From an uncultured bacterium (lineage in GTDB: Bacteria; Lernaellota; Lernaellaia; Lernaellales; Lernaellaceae): DNA of 17,352 bases. Of the stretch, positions 8,155 to 16,733 are shown piece after piece. The position numbers and the translations under genes are program-made. Under the pieces are notes generated by a model. It did not search any database, was not told where the DNA came from, and saw nothing but the letters and a program-made list of their open reading frames with translations. The stretch spans positions 1 through 17,352 of the forward strand of contig CAZHPN010000134.1 of assembly GCA_964534375.1 (NCBI GenBank), written 5' to 3'. Every line of letters starts with the position of its first letter. Positions within the stretch are counted from its first letter, which is position 1.

Positions 8155-9327
8155 ATGAATATTCACGAATATCAAGCGAAAGAGCTCTTTCTCGCTTACG
8201 GCGTGCCGACGCCGCGCTTTCGCGTGATTGGCAACCCGTGGGAGGCGTACGAAGCCGCGCAGGAACTCGGCGGCGAGACCTTCGTCGTGAAAGCGCAGAT
8301 CCATGCGGGCGGGCGCGGCAAGGCCGGCGGCGTGAAAGTGGCGCACGGCCTCAACCAGGTGCACCAGCTCGCGATGGAAATGTCCGGCAAGACGTTGGTC
8401 ACGCCGCAAACCGGCCCGGCCGGCAAGAAGGTGCGCAAGATCCTGATCGGGCAGGCGGTCGATATTGCCCGCGAGTATTACCTGGCGCTGCTGGTGGATC
8501 GCAGCGCGCGCGCGGTGGCGATCATGGCCAGCCGCGAAGGCGGCGTGGAAATCGAAACCGTGGCGAGCAAGAATCCCGGCGCGATTTTCGTGCAGCGCGT
8601 CGATCCTATGGCTGGCCTCGCGTCCTTTGCCGCCCGCAACGTGGCGTACGCGTTGGGACTGGGCGGCCCCCAGGTCAAACAATGCGCGGAGATGGTCCGC
8701 AACCTGCACCGCTTGTTCCAGGAAAACCACTGTTCGCTGCTCGAAATCAATCCGCTCGCCGTCGACGCACAGGGCGCGCTCTGGGCCGCCGACGCCAAGA
8801 TCGCGATCGACGACAACGCCCTGACGAGCCGTCCGGATCTGCGGCGCCTGCGCGACTACGATGAGGAAGAGCCGCTGGAAATTCAGGCGCGGCGTTACGG
8901 CGTCGATTACGTCAAACTCGACGGCCGGATCGGCTGTCTGGTGAACGGCGCAGGTCTGGCGATGGCGACGATGGACCAGATCAAGCTGGCCGGCGGCGAA
9001 CCCGCCAATTTCCTGGACATCAAAGGCGGCGCCAACAAGCAGAACGTCATCAACGCGTTCAAACTGCTCACGGCGGACGAGCGCGTCCGCGTCGTGCTGA
9101 TTAATATCTTCGGGGGCATCGTGCGCTGCGACATGGTGGCGGCCGGTATTCTTTCGGCGTTGCGCGAAATCGAGGTCAAGCTGCCGATCGTCATCCGGCT
9201 GGAAGGCACGAACGTCGAAGAGGGCCGCAAACTGCTGGCGGAATCGCCGTATTCGTTTGTTCTCGCCGACGGTCTGGCCGACGCCGCGCGCAAAGCCGTG
9301 AGCGCCCTCGCGGGGGAAACAGCGTGA
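8155..9327 (+). CDS. sucC: Succinyl-CoA synthetase beta subunit
   Basis: [57 protein letters not shown]. Confidence 0.97.
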   Translation: MNIHEYQAKELFLAYGVPTPRFRVIGNPWEAYEAAQELGGETFVVKAQIHAGGRGKAGGVKVAHGLNQVHQLAMEMSGKTLVTPQTGPAGKKVRKILIGQAVDIAREYYLALLVDRSARAVAIMASREGGVEIETVASKNPGAIFVQRVDPMAGLASFAARNVAYALGLGGPQVKQCAEMVRNLHRLFQENHCSLLEINPLAVDAQGALWAADAKIAIDDNALTSRPDLRRLRDYDEEEPLEIQARRYGVDYVKLDGRIGCLVNGAGLAMATMDQIKLAGGEPANFLDIKGGANKQNVINAFKLLTADERVRVVLINIFGGIVRCDMVAAGILSALREIEVKLPIVIRLEGTNVEEGRKLLAESPYSFVLADGLADAARKAVSALAGETA

Positions 9328-10202
9328 GCATCTTCGCCGACGAAAACACGCGCGTCGTGGTGCAGGGCATTACCGGAAAAGAGGGCAGCTTCCACGCGCG
9401 GCAATGCCTCGCTTACGGAACCAAGATTGTCGCCGGCGTGACGCCCGGCAAAGGCGGCCAGAAGACGGAAGACGTGCCGGTGTTCAATTGCGTCCGGGAA
9501 GCCGTCGCGGTCGCCGACGCCAACACCAGCCTGATCTTCGTGCCGCCGGCGGGCGCGGCCGACGCGATTCTCGAAGCGGCCGACGCCGGCATCGCCCTAG
9601 CCGTGGTCATCACCGACGGCGTGCCGACGCTCGACATGATTCGCGTGTTGCGGCAAATAGCCGGCCGGCCGATTCGAGTGCTGGGGCCGAATTGCCCGGG
9701 CCTCATATCGCCGGGCAAGACCAAAGTCGGCATCATGCCCGCGGCGATTCACCTGCCCGGGCGCGTCGGCGTCATCAGCCGCAGCGGCACGCTGACGTAC
9801 GAAGTGGTTTACCAACTTACGACCCTCGGCGTGGGCCAATCGACCTGCATCGGCGTCGGCGGCGATCCCGTCGTCGGCACGGATTACCTCGATTGCTTGC
9901 GCGCTTTCGCCGCCGATCCCGAAACTGACGCGATCTTGCTGATCGGTGAAATCGGCGGCGACGCGGAGGAACGCGCCGCGGAATTCATCAGGGAACATGT
10001 CCGAAAACCGGTGGTCTCATTCATTGCGGGCCTGTCGGCGCCGGCCGGCAAACGCATGGGCCATGCCGGCGCGATCATCGCGGGCGGCAAAGGCACGGCG
10101 CGCGCCAAATTGGCCGCGTTGGCGGAGGCCGGCGTGCGCGTGGTCGAAGACGCGTCGCGCATCGGGCAGACCGTGAAAGAAACGTTGGCCAACCGGGTTT
10201 GA
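9324..10202 (+). CDS. sucD: Succinyl-CoA synthetase alpha subunit
   Basis: [34 protein letters not shown] and phospho-His motif RMGHAGA; GTGA overlap with sucC. Confidence 0.97.
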   Translation: MSIFADENTRVVVQGITGKEGSFHARQCLAYGTKIVAGVTPGKGGQKTEDVPVFNCVREAVAVADANTSLIFVPPAGAADAILEAADAGIALAVVITDGVPTLDMIRVLRQIAGRPIRVLGPNCPGLISPGKTKVGIMPAAIHLPGRVGVISRSGTLTYEVVYQLTTLGVGQSTCIGVGGDPVVGTDYLDCLRAFAADPETDAILLIGEIGGDAEERAAEFIREHVRKPVVSFIAGLSAPAGKRMGHAGAIIAGGKGTARAKLAALAEAGVRVVEDASRIGQTVKETLANRV

Positions 10203-10245
10203 CGGCCCGGGCCGGCGTGCGGCAGCGAAGAAAGGACGGCAGGTT

Positions 10246-11703
10246 TTGCGACGGTTGATTTTCATTGTCGGGGCGTTGGCCGCCGTCGTGGCGGCGGCGG
10301 TCGCCGCGGCGTGGGCGGCGAATTGGGAATTGGCGTTCAAAGAGCGGGTGACCTTGGCGGCGCTGGACATTGCGCCCCCCGGTCTGCGGGCGAGATTGCC
10401 GCGCGACCCGGCGGTCGTACACGCGGCGTTGCTGGAAGCGGCGACGTTGACGCGCAACGGCAAACGGGATCCGGAAGAGCATCTGGCGCAGGTGCGGCAG
10501 ATGCTGAAAAAACCGGACGCCCCGCCCGAGCGGCTGCTGGCTGAGTTGGCGGCGCTGGCCACCTATTTCATGGACAAAACGGCGCCGGAAGCGGTGCGCT
10601 CGTTTTTCGTCGCCGTCGACGGCAGCGACGAAATCGGCGCCGATCGCTTTGACGGCTATTACTACGTGGCGCATTTCGCCCCGTTCATCGAGGTGGTCAA
10701 GTCGGTGGTCGGTCCGACGCGCGATTCGCTCGGCAAAGAAGCGGGCGGCGCGGGAGCGACCGGCTCGACGAAGACCGCGGACAGCGTGGCGCAGATGTTC
10801 GATCTCTACGTCAATGCGACGGTCGATCTGTGGGCCTCGCTGGCCAAGGACGCCGAGATCCCGTTTGGCGAAATGCCGGCGGCCGGCCTGCGTTCCGCGC
10901 CGAAATCCGGCAGCCTGGTGAACTCCGGCGGCATTTTCCGGCCGACGATCGGGTTGGACACCGGGGTGTTGACGCGGCAGATGTTCGCCGAAGGGCAGAA
11001 GTCGGGCGCGCTGACCAAGCTCGACGTCGGGGCCGCCGGCGGCGCCAAGAAGACGTCGGACGAATTCGTGTTCGACGACGTGAGCGTGTCGGGCGACGAG
11101 GCGAAGCGCAAGGCGTCGCAGTTGGCGAATTCCGACGTGACGGTCGATTCGCGCGGGATGGACCGGATGTCGGCGCTCGACGATGAAACGCGGGCGGCGC
11201 TCAATAAAATGGGCATCGACGTGGGCGCGCAGCGCGGCGAATTCAAAGGGACGCGCGGCGGCGTGCAACCGGGCCAGGTCGTGAAGGCCGGCGATATCGA
11301 AATCAAGTTGAACAACCTCTCGACGGTGGAAATCGCGGGGCGCGACAAACGGCAGGTCTACATGCAGTTGCCGGACGTGGCCGGTTCGACGGCCGGCTCG
11401 ACCGGGGTGTTGAATCAGAAAGCCGTCGTCGCGGTCATCGGCGCCAACATCGGGGCGTTCAAGAATTGCTTCGAACGCCGGCTGCGCGACATTCCGGACC
11501 TTGCCGGCCGGGTGTTCGTGCAATTCACCATCGGCGTCGACGGCGCGGTAGGCGACGTCAAGTTGCTGGAAAACACGACCAATGACCGGCCATTCGCCGA
11601 CTGCCTGGTGAGCCACGTGGAACGACTGCGCTTCCCGCCGCCGAAGGGCGGCGAGGTGACCTTCGTCTTCCCGTTCATCTTCGAGCAAGCGTACGCGATG
11701 TAA
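10246..11703 (+). CDS. Exported protein with C-terminal AgmX/PglI-type (TonB-C-like) domain
   Basis: TTG start after AAGGA; signal peptide; C-terminal [26 protein letters not shown]...CL......[17 protein letters not shown], as in myxobacterial GltG/GltJ-type domains. Confidence 0.8.
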   Translation: MRRLIFIVGALAAVVAAAVAAAWAANWELAFKERVTLAALDIAPPGLRARLPRDPAVVHAALLEAATLTRNGKRDPEEHLAQVRQMLKKPDAPPERLLAELAALATYFMDKTAPEAVRSFFVAVDGSDEIGADRFDGYYYVAHFAPFIEVVKSVVGPTRDSLGKEAGGAGATGSTKTADSVAQMFDLYVNATVDLWASLAKDAEIPFGEMPAAGLRSAPKSGSLVNSGGIFRPTIGLDTGVLTRQMFAEGQKSGALTKLDVGAAGGAKKTSDEFVFDDVSVSGDEAKRKASQLANSDVTVDSRGMDRMSALDDETRAALNKMGIDVGAQRGEFKGTRGGVQPGQVVKAGDIEIKLNNLSTVEIAGRDKRQVYMQLPDVAGSTAGSTGVLNQKAVVAVIGANIGAFKNCFERRLRDIPDLAGRVFVQFTIGVDGAVGDVKLLENTTNDRPFADCLVSHVERLRFPPPKGGEVTFVFPFIFEQAYAM

Positions 11704-11725
11704 CGGCGCGAACACGCGCCGTCTT
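11703..11725 (+). terminator. Hairpin directly after the stop codon, possible terminator
   Basis: acggcgcg-aaca-cgcgccgt 8-bp stem with a weak U tail. Confidence 0.35.
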
Positions 11726-11739
11726 GGCCCGAACAGTTC

Positions 11740-11856
11740 TGGGAATTATGGGAAGCCTGGGAGGTCTGGGAATTATGGGATCGGTGGCGCCGCCTGCCCC
11801 GTGAATCCCAGAACTCCCAGGATTCCCGGATCTCCCCCCAATCTCTTGTTTCCCAG
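11740..11856. repeat. Inverted array of 9-nt-period repeats (TGGGAnnnn x5 ... nnnnTCCCA x3-4)
   Basis: Left arm tgggaatta/tgggaagcc/tgggaggtc/tgggaatta/tgggatcgg; right arm tgaatccca/gaactccca/ggattcccg. Confidence 0.85.
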
Positions 11857-11910
11857 AGAGGCTGTCGATTCTCTCGTATTGATCGATTTTTACGAACTCA
11901 CTGCCCGCAC

Positions 11911-11975
11911 AATGGCGAATGGCGAATAGGGAATGCAGAAATGCCGACGCCGCCCGAAATTCTCCATTAGATTCT
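11911..11975. repeat. 7-nt-period repeat (AATGGCG x4) with degenerate inverted arm
   Basis: Units aatggcg/aatggcg/aataggg/aatgcag; inverted remnant attctccatt at 11959-11968. Confidence 0.65.
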
Positions 11976-12015
11976 TCGGGCTTCACAGAAACAGTCGATT
12001 ACTTCCGCAGTCTCG

Positions 12016-12744
12016 CTACCCGGCGCCGCCTTTGCCGGCGGGCTTTTTCTTGACGTTCTTGGTGTCTTTGACCTCGCCCGCGAGTTTGGCGAGAATCGCT
12101 TCGTCGGAGGGAGAAAGCTTCTCCAGGCAGATGGCGTTGCGCGTGTCGTCCTTGTCGTCGATCAGCAAGATCGCCAAATACAGATCGTGAGTGAGATAGA
12201 CGCCGCGAATCTGCACCGGGCTGTCAGGGTTCGTGTACTTGGCGAAGAAGCGTTCCATCAGTTTCGGATGATGGAAGAAATTGCTCCAGGGCGCCCCGGT
12301 TTCTGTCGTCGATTTCAGGGCCTCGCCGAAAGCGCCGATCTCGATTCGTTTCTTGACGCTCTTGGTCGGTTCGCCCATGTGCAGGATCTGTTCGAACGGG
12401 TAGCCGACTTTGGAGAAATTCAGCAATTGTTCACCGGTGATGTGTTCTTCCCACCACGATACAAAACCGTCCTGGTCCAGATCGCGCGGGTCGAAAGCGG
12501 GCGGTGTGGCGGATTCGGCGGCGCCGCCGGCGGCGGAGGCAGGCGCGCCGATGCGCCGATACGGCATCCCGGCGACGGCCAGAATCAGCGACATCGCCAA
12601 CAGGCCAATGAGGATCACATCTTGTATGTTGTCGAATCCCTTCCGGTGCTCCTCGCACAGATACAACGGTGCGATTGGAAATACGTGAAAACGTTTGACG
12701 GCTTTGTATTTCGCACTCGCCCTGCATTTGGCGCACTTGATCAT
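12016..12744 (-). CDS. Hypothetical bitopic membrane protein (CxxC...CxxH knuckle, TM helix, EF-hand-like loop)
   Basis: GGAGGGG RBS before ATG 12744; MIKCAKC...LCEEH; TM VILIGLLAMSLILAVAG; loop DLDQDGFVSWWE. The longer called N-terminus merely runs through a repeat. Confidence 0.75.
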   Translation of the reverse strand: MIKCAKCRASAKYKAVKRFHVFPIAPLYLCEEHRKGFDNIQDVILIGLLAMSLILAVAGMPYRRIGAPASAAGGAAESATPPAFDPRDLDQDGFVSWWEEHITGEQLLNFSKVGYPFEQILHMGEPTKSVKKRIEIGAFGEALKSTTETGAPWSNFFHHPKLMERFFAKYTNPDSPVQIRGVYLTHDLYLAILLIDDKDDTRNAICLEKLSPSDEAILAKLAGEVKDTKNVKKKPAGKGGAG

Positions 12745-12801
12745 TCCTGGCCCCCCTCCGAACGCCATATTATCTAACAAGTTTCGGTCGCAGACGCAAG
12801 A

Positions 12802-13008
12802 GAACGAGAATAGTGAACAAGGAAAAAGGAAAAAGGAAAAAGTACGAAAAACCGGCGACCACGGTTTGGAGAGAGCTTCATGCACACGCGCGATGCCCTG
12901 ATTCGACGCTATTTTCCGAAGCCCATCGGCGGCAATAACGCGTTTTGCTTGAGTTTCCAGACGCCGGGTGGGCCCTTGCACTTTTTCCTTCTTCCTTGTT
13001 CATTCCTC
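12802..13008. repeat. MITE-like element with 7-nt-period inverted arms (AAAAAGG/AACAAGG)
   Basis: Left arm tgaacaaggaaaaaggaaaaaggaaaaagt (12814-12843); right arm actttttccttcttccttgttca (12980-13002); about 135 nt of spacer. Confidence 0.75.
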
Positions 13009-13037
13009 TTGACACGCTCCAATCGGTCGCCTACACT
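13009..13037 (+). promoter_or_regulatory. Sigma70 promoter of the RHH-sat operon
   Basis: TTGACA (13009-13014), 17 nt, TACACT (13032-13037). Confidence 0.8.
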
Positions 13038-13060
13038 CCAATCACACTCCAAATGGAGTG
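13014..13060. promoter_or_regulatory. Putative operator array (ACRCTCCAA x3 plus an inverted copy)
   Basis: acgctccaa 13014-13022, acactccaa 13033-13041 and 13044-13052, plus palindrome cactcca-aa-tggagtg 13045-13060, all overlapping the promoter region. Confidence 0.65.
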
Positions 13061-13074
13061 CCAACGGAGCCTCG

Positions 13075-13308
13075 ATGGACAAAGTGACGATCAAAATCCC
13101 GCGGCAACTCTATGAGAAGATTCAACTTCTGATTGACGATTCGGGATTTTCGAGTCCGACCGAGTTCATCGTCTACGTTCTTCGCGATTTGATCGGCGGA
13201 CAACTCGCCGGGCGGCAAGCGGCAAAAAAAGAAGACAAATCTCAAGAACTTACGACCGAGGAAGTGGCGGCGATCAAGCAACGTCTGCGCAGCCTCGGGT
13301 ATCTGTAG
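13075..13308 (+). CDS. CopG/ribbon-helix-helix transcriptional regulator with RLxxLGYL tail (77 aa)
   Basis: GGAG RBS; beta-strand KVTIKIP, helix, GFSSPTEFIVYVLRD; tail EEVAAIKQRLRSLGYL. Confidence 0.85.
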   Translation: MDKVTIKIPRQLYEKIQLLIDDSGFSSPTEFIVYVLRDLIGGQLAGRQAAKKEDKSQELTTEEVAAIKQRLRSLGYL

Positions 13309-13329
13309 ATTAGAAAGGACCGGCGCAAC

Positions 13330-14487
13330 ATGATTAAGGCCCACGGTGGACGATTGGTGGATCGCTTTGTTAAGGGAGACATCCGCGAGGCTCTGCTCGA
13401 AAAAGCGGCCCAAATGCCGAAAATGACGCTCAACGAGCGCGAAATCGCCGACGTCGAGATGCTTTCGTGCGGCGCGATGAGCCCGCTCGAAGGCTTCATG
13501 ACCCGCGACGACTACAAGAGCGTTGTGCACGATATGCGCCTGGCGTCGGGCCTGGTGTGGCCATTGCCGATCACCCTCGCGCCCAAGGCCGGCGACGATC
13601 GCAAATTCCAAATCGGGCAGCAGCTCGCGCTCGTGGACGACGGCGGCCGCATCGTGGCAGTCATGGATGTCGAAGACGTTTACGACGTCGACCACGCCGA
13701 AGAGGCCGCGAAATGTTACCGCACGACCGACCCGGCGCACCCGAGCGTCGCGTATCTGCGCAATTACGGCACGACGTATCTGGGCGGGCCGATCACCGCG
13801 CTGAATAAGGTCGAGCACGACGACTTCAACGGATACCGCCTCGAGCCGAAAGAAACGCGCGTGCTGTTCAAGACCAAAGGCTGGAAAACGATCGTCGCCT
13901 TCCAGACGCGCAACCCGATCCACCGCGCGCACGAGTACCTGCAAAAATGCGCGCTCGAACAGGTCGATGCGCTGCTGATCCATCCGCTGATGGGCGCGAC
14001 GAAAAAAGGCGACATCCCTGGCGACGTGCGCATGGCGTGCTACAAGGCGCTCGTCGAAAATTACTACTGCCCCGACCGCATCGCGGTCAGCATTTTCCCC
14101 GCGGCGATGCGCTACGGCGGCCCGCGCGAGGCGATCTTCCACGCGCTGGTCCGCAAAAACTACGGCTGCACGCACTTCATCGTCGGCCGCGATCACGCCG
14201 GCGTCGGCACCTACTACGGCTCGTACGACGCGCAAAACATCTTCGCCGAATTTTCGCGCGAAGAGATCGACATCGCGCCGATGATGTTCGAAAACTCGTT
14301 CTTCTGCAAAAAGTGCGGCAACATGGCGAGCGCCAAGACCTGCCCGCACGGCGCGGAAGATCGTGTGAATCTCTCGGGCACGAAGGTCCGCGAAATGCTG
14401 GCGCGCGGCGAGCGGCCGCCGGCCGAGTTTACGCGGGCCGAGGTCGCGGACGTTTTGATGAAGTATTACCAGAGCGAAAACGCCTGA
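13330..14487 (+). CDS. sat: Sulfate adenylyltransferase (Sat-type ATP sulfurylase)
   Basis: HGGRL, SPLEGFM, FQTRNPIHRAHE, YGGPREA, VGRDHAG, Zn site CKKC...CPH, SGTKVR. Confidence 0.97.
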   Translation: MIKAHGGRLVDRFVKGDIREALLEKAAQMPKMTLNEREIADVEMLSCGAMSPLEGFMTRDDYKSVVHDMRLASGLVWPLPITLAPKAGDDRKFQIGQQLALVDDGGRIVAVMDVEDVYDVDHAEEAAKCYRTTDPAHPSVAYLRNYGTTYLGGPITALNKVEHDDFNGYRLEPKETRVLFKTKGWKTIVAFQTRNPIHRAHEYLQKCALEQVDALLIHPLMGATKKGDIPGDVRMACYKALVENYYCPDRIAVSIFPAAMRYGGPREAIFHALVRKNYGCTHFIVGRDHAGVGTYYGSYDAQNIFAEFSREEIDIAPMMFENSFFCKKCGNMASAKTCPHGAEDRVNLSGTKVREMLARGERPPAEFTRAEVADVLMKYYQSENA

Positions 14488-14504
14488 CGAACGAGGAGGG
14501 CGCC

Positions 14505-15884
14505 GTGAAAAAGATGATCGTCATCGGCTTGGATTGCATGGAACCGAGCCTCGTGTTCGAGCAGTTTCGCGACCTGATGCCGAATGTCCGCCGGCTGACC
14601 GAAGCCGGCGTGCACGGCAAAATGCGCAGCACGGAGCCGCCGATCACCGTGCCGGCCTGGACCTCCATGATGACCAGCAAAGACCCGGGCCAGCTCGGCG
14701 TGTACGGCTTCCGCAACCGCGCCGATTACTCCTACAAGGGTCTGTATTTCGCCAACGACGATTACATCCATGAAAAACGCGTCTGGAACTATCTGGCGCG
14801 CCGGCGCGTCAACACCTTCGCGCTCAGCGTGCCGCAGACGTATCCGCCCAAGCCGATGCGCGGCACGCTCGTCGCGGATTTCCTGACGCCCGACAAAAAC
14901 GTGCCGTGGACATATCCGATCGAGGCGGCGCACGAGATCGATTTTCTGGCCGACGGCGACTACATCATCGACGTCAAGGATTTCCGCACCGACAACAAAG
15001 ATTGGCTGATCGAGCAGATTTACAAAATGACCGAGCGCCGCTTCAAGGTGTTCCGCGAATTCGTGCGGCGCGGCGAACATGAATTCTGCATGATGGTCGA
15101 GATGGGCGTCGACCGGATGCACCACGCGTTTTGGCGGCATCACGACGTGAAGCACCGGCTGCACGAGCCGAACAACAAATATCAATATGTCATTCGCGAT
15201 TATTACAAATACCTCGACGCCCGCATCGGCGAGCTGCTCGAGGTCGTCGACGCCGACACGGCGGTGATGATCGTTTCCGATCACGGCGCCAAGGGCATGG
15301 TCGGGGCGATCTGCGTCAACGAATGGTTGATGCAAAAGGGCTACCTCGCCCTCAAAGAACCGCTGAAGGGCCCGGGCAAGCTGAAGATGGACAACATCGA
15401 CTGGTCGCGCACCAAGGCCTGGGGCGAGGGCGGCTACTACAGCCGCATTTTCTTCAACGTCAAAGGCCGGGAGCCGGAAGGCATCATCGCTCCGGCCGAC
15501 TACCCAGCCTTCCGCGACCGCATCCAAAAGGATTTCGAAGAGATCGCCGACGAAAATGGCAAGAACATCGGCACGGTGGTGCTGCGGCCGGAGAACATCT
15601 ACCGCGAAGTGAAGAACGTGGCGCCGGATCTGATCGTTTATTTCGGCAACCTGGACTGGCGCAGCGCAGGGCAGATTGGCACGGGCAAGATCCATATTTT
15701 CGAGAACGACACCGGCCCCGACGACGCCAACCACGCCGCGTACGGCATCTTCGCGCTGCGGCTGCCCGGCGGGCAAAAGGCGCAGGCGCTGCCGGAATAC
15801 TCGATCTACGACGTGGCGCCGACGATCCTGAATTATTTCGGCGTCGAAATTCCGGCCGATTTCATCGGCAAGAGCGTGTTATAG
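14505..15884 (+). CDS. Alkaline phosphatase superfamily protein (nucleotide pyrophosphatase/phosphodiesterase-like)
   Basis: GAGGAGG RBS + GTG start; IGLDC, STEPPITVPAW (Thr nucleophile position), DRMHH, SDHG, DDANH, DVAPTIL; no signal peptide. Confidence 0.9.
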   Translation: MKKMIVIGLDCMEPSLVFEQFRDLMPNVRRLTEAGVHGKMRSTEPPITVPAWTSMMTSKDPGQLGVYGFRNRADYSYKGLYFANDDYIHEKRVWNYLARRRVNTFALSVPQTYPPKPMRGTLVADFLTPDKNVPWTYPIEAAHEIDFLADGDYIIDVKDFRTDNKDWLIEQIYKMTERRFKVFREFVRRGEHEFCMMVEMGVDRMHHAFWRHHDVKHRLHEPNNKYQYVIRDYYKYLDARIGELLEVVDADTAVMIVSDHGAKGMVGAICVNEWLMQKGYLALKEPLKGPGKLKMDNIDWSRTKAWGEGGYYSRIFFNVKGREPEGIIAPADYPAFRDRIQKDFEEIADENGKNIGTVVLRPENIYREVKNVAPDLIVYFGNLDWRSAGQIGTGKIHIFENDTGPDDANHAAYGIFALRLPGGQKAQALPEYSIYDVAPTILNYFGVEIPADFIGKSVL

Positions 15885-15895
15885 AATGGGAACAT

Positions 15896-16030
15896 TAAAC
15901 ACAGAGGGCACAGAGAATTGCACGGAGGACACAGAGGCGGCCGGAACGCGTTGCGCGCGTTCGCGCGACGCGTTCCGGCCGCGCTCTTCTCTGTGCTCTC
16001 TGTGTCTTCCCTCTGTGCTCTCTGTGTTTA
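15896..16030. repeat. Long palindromic element with CACAGAG-family arms and a 21-bp inner GC stem
   Basis: Outer arms taaacacagagggcacagag...ctctgtgctctctgtgttta; inner stem gcggccggaacgcgttgcgcg/cgcgcgacgcgttccggccgc (15937-15982). Confidence 0.9.
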
Positions 16031-16058
16031 AAATTCCATACACAAAAAGGGACGCAAT

Positions 16059-16661
16059 ATGAAAAAGGGTTTCACGATTTGGTTCACGGGCCTCTCCGGC
16101 TCCGGCAAGTCGACGCTCGCCACGATGGTCGAAGAGACGTTGCTCGAGCGCGGCCTGAACGTCGAAGTGCTCGACGGCGACGTGGTGCGCACCAACCTGA
16201 GCAAAGGGCTGGGTTTCTCGAAAGAGGATCGCGACATCAACATCCGGCGCATCGGCTTCGTGTGCGAATTGCTGACGCGCAACGGCGTGGTCGCCATCGC
16301 CGCGGCGATCAGCCCGTACAAGGAAATCCGCAACGAGAACCGCAAGCGCGTCGGCCGCTTCGTCGAAGTGTACTGCGAGTGCCCGATCCCGGTGCTCGCC
16401 GAACGCGACATCAAGGGCCTGTACAAGAAAGCGCTGGCCGGCGAGATCAAGAATTTCACCGGCGTGTCCGACCCCTACGAGCCGCCGGACCACCCGGAGA
16501 TCGTCTGCCGCACCGACCAGGAGTCGACGCGGCAATCGCACGACCGGATCGTCCGGACGCTCGAACTCATGGGCTACGTCCCGGCGGCCGAAGGCGCGGA
16601 CTACAGCCCCGAAGAAGAAGAAAAAATCAAGAAACGCCTGAAAGACCTCGGGTATCTCTAA
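16059..16661 (+). CDS. cysC: Adenylyl-sulfate (APS) kinase with C-terminal RLxxLGYL extension
   Basis: [46 protein letters not shown]; tail [19 protein letters not shown]. Confidence 0.97.
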   Translation: MKKGFTIWFTGLSGSGKSTLATMVEETLLERGLNVEVLDGDVVRTNLSKGLGFSKEDRDINIRRIGFVCELLTRNGVVAIAAAISPYKEIRNENRKRVGRFVEVYCECPIPVLAERDIKGLYKKALAGEIKNFTGVSDPYEPPDHPEIVCRTDQESTRQSHDRIVRTLELMGYVPAAEGADYSPEEEEKIKKRLKDLGYL

Positions 16662-16703
16662 AAGACCATCAGAGCGATTAGCAGATGCCGGTTCAGGCGA
16701 CCG

Positions 16704-16732
16704 GGGCGGCATGACGGCCGCCCTCTCTATTT
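16704..16732 (+). terminator. Possible terminator after cysC
   Basis: gggcggc-atgacg-gccgccc stem followed by tctctattt. Confidence 0.45.
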
Positions 16733-16733
16733 G

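Noticed and set aside
12745..13074. N-terminal extensions of the ORFs called 12016-12981 and 12880-13308
   Set aside because: They translate the heptamer element and promoter; better RBS-linked starts lie at 12744 and 13075.
13330..14487. sat as evidence of dissimilatory sulfate reduction
   Set aside because: It is linked to cysC rather than aprAB/qmo, which points to PAPS synthesis.
13947..14504. 186-aa N-terminal extension of the AlkP ORF, suggesting a fusion or frameshift with sat
   Set aside because: It overlaps sat out of frame; a strong GAGGAGG RBS and the family N-terminus place the start at GTG 14505.
10075..15776. Long minus-strand ORFs 10075-11715, 13042-14349 and 14466-15776
   Set aside because: They are antisense to well-supported genes and carry no family motifs.
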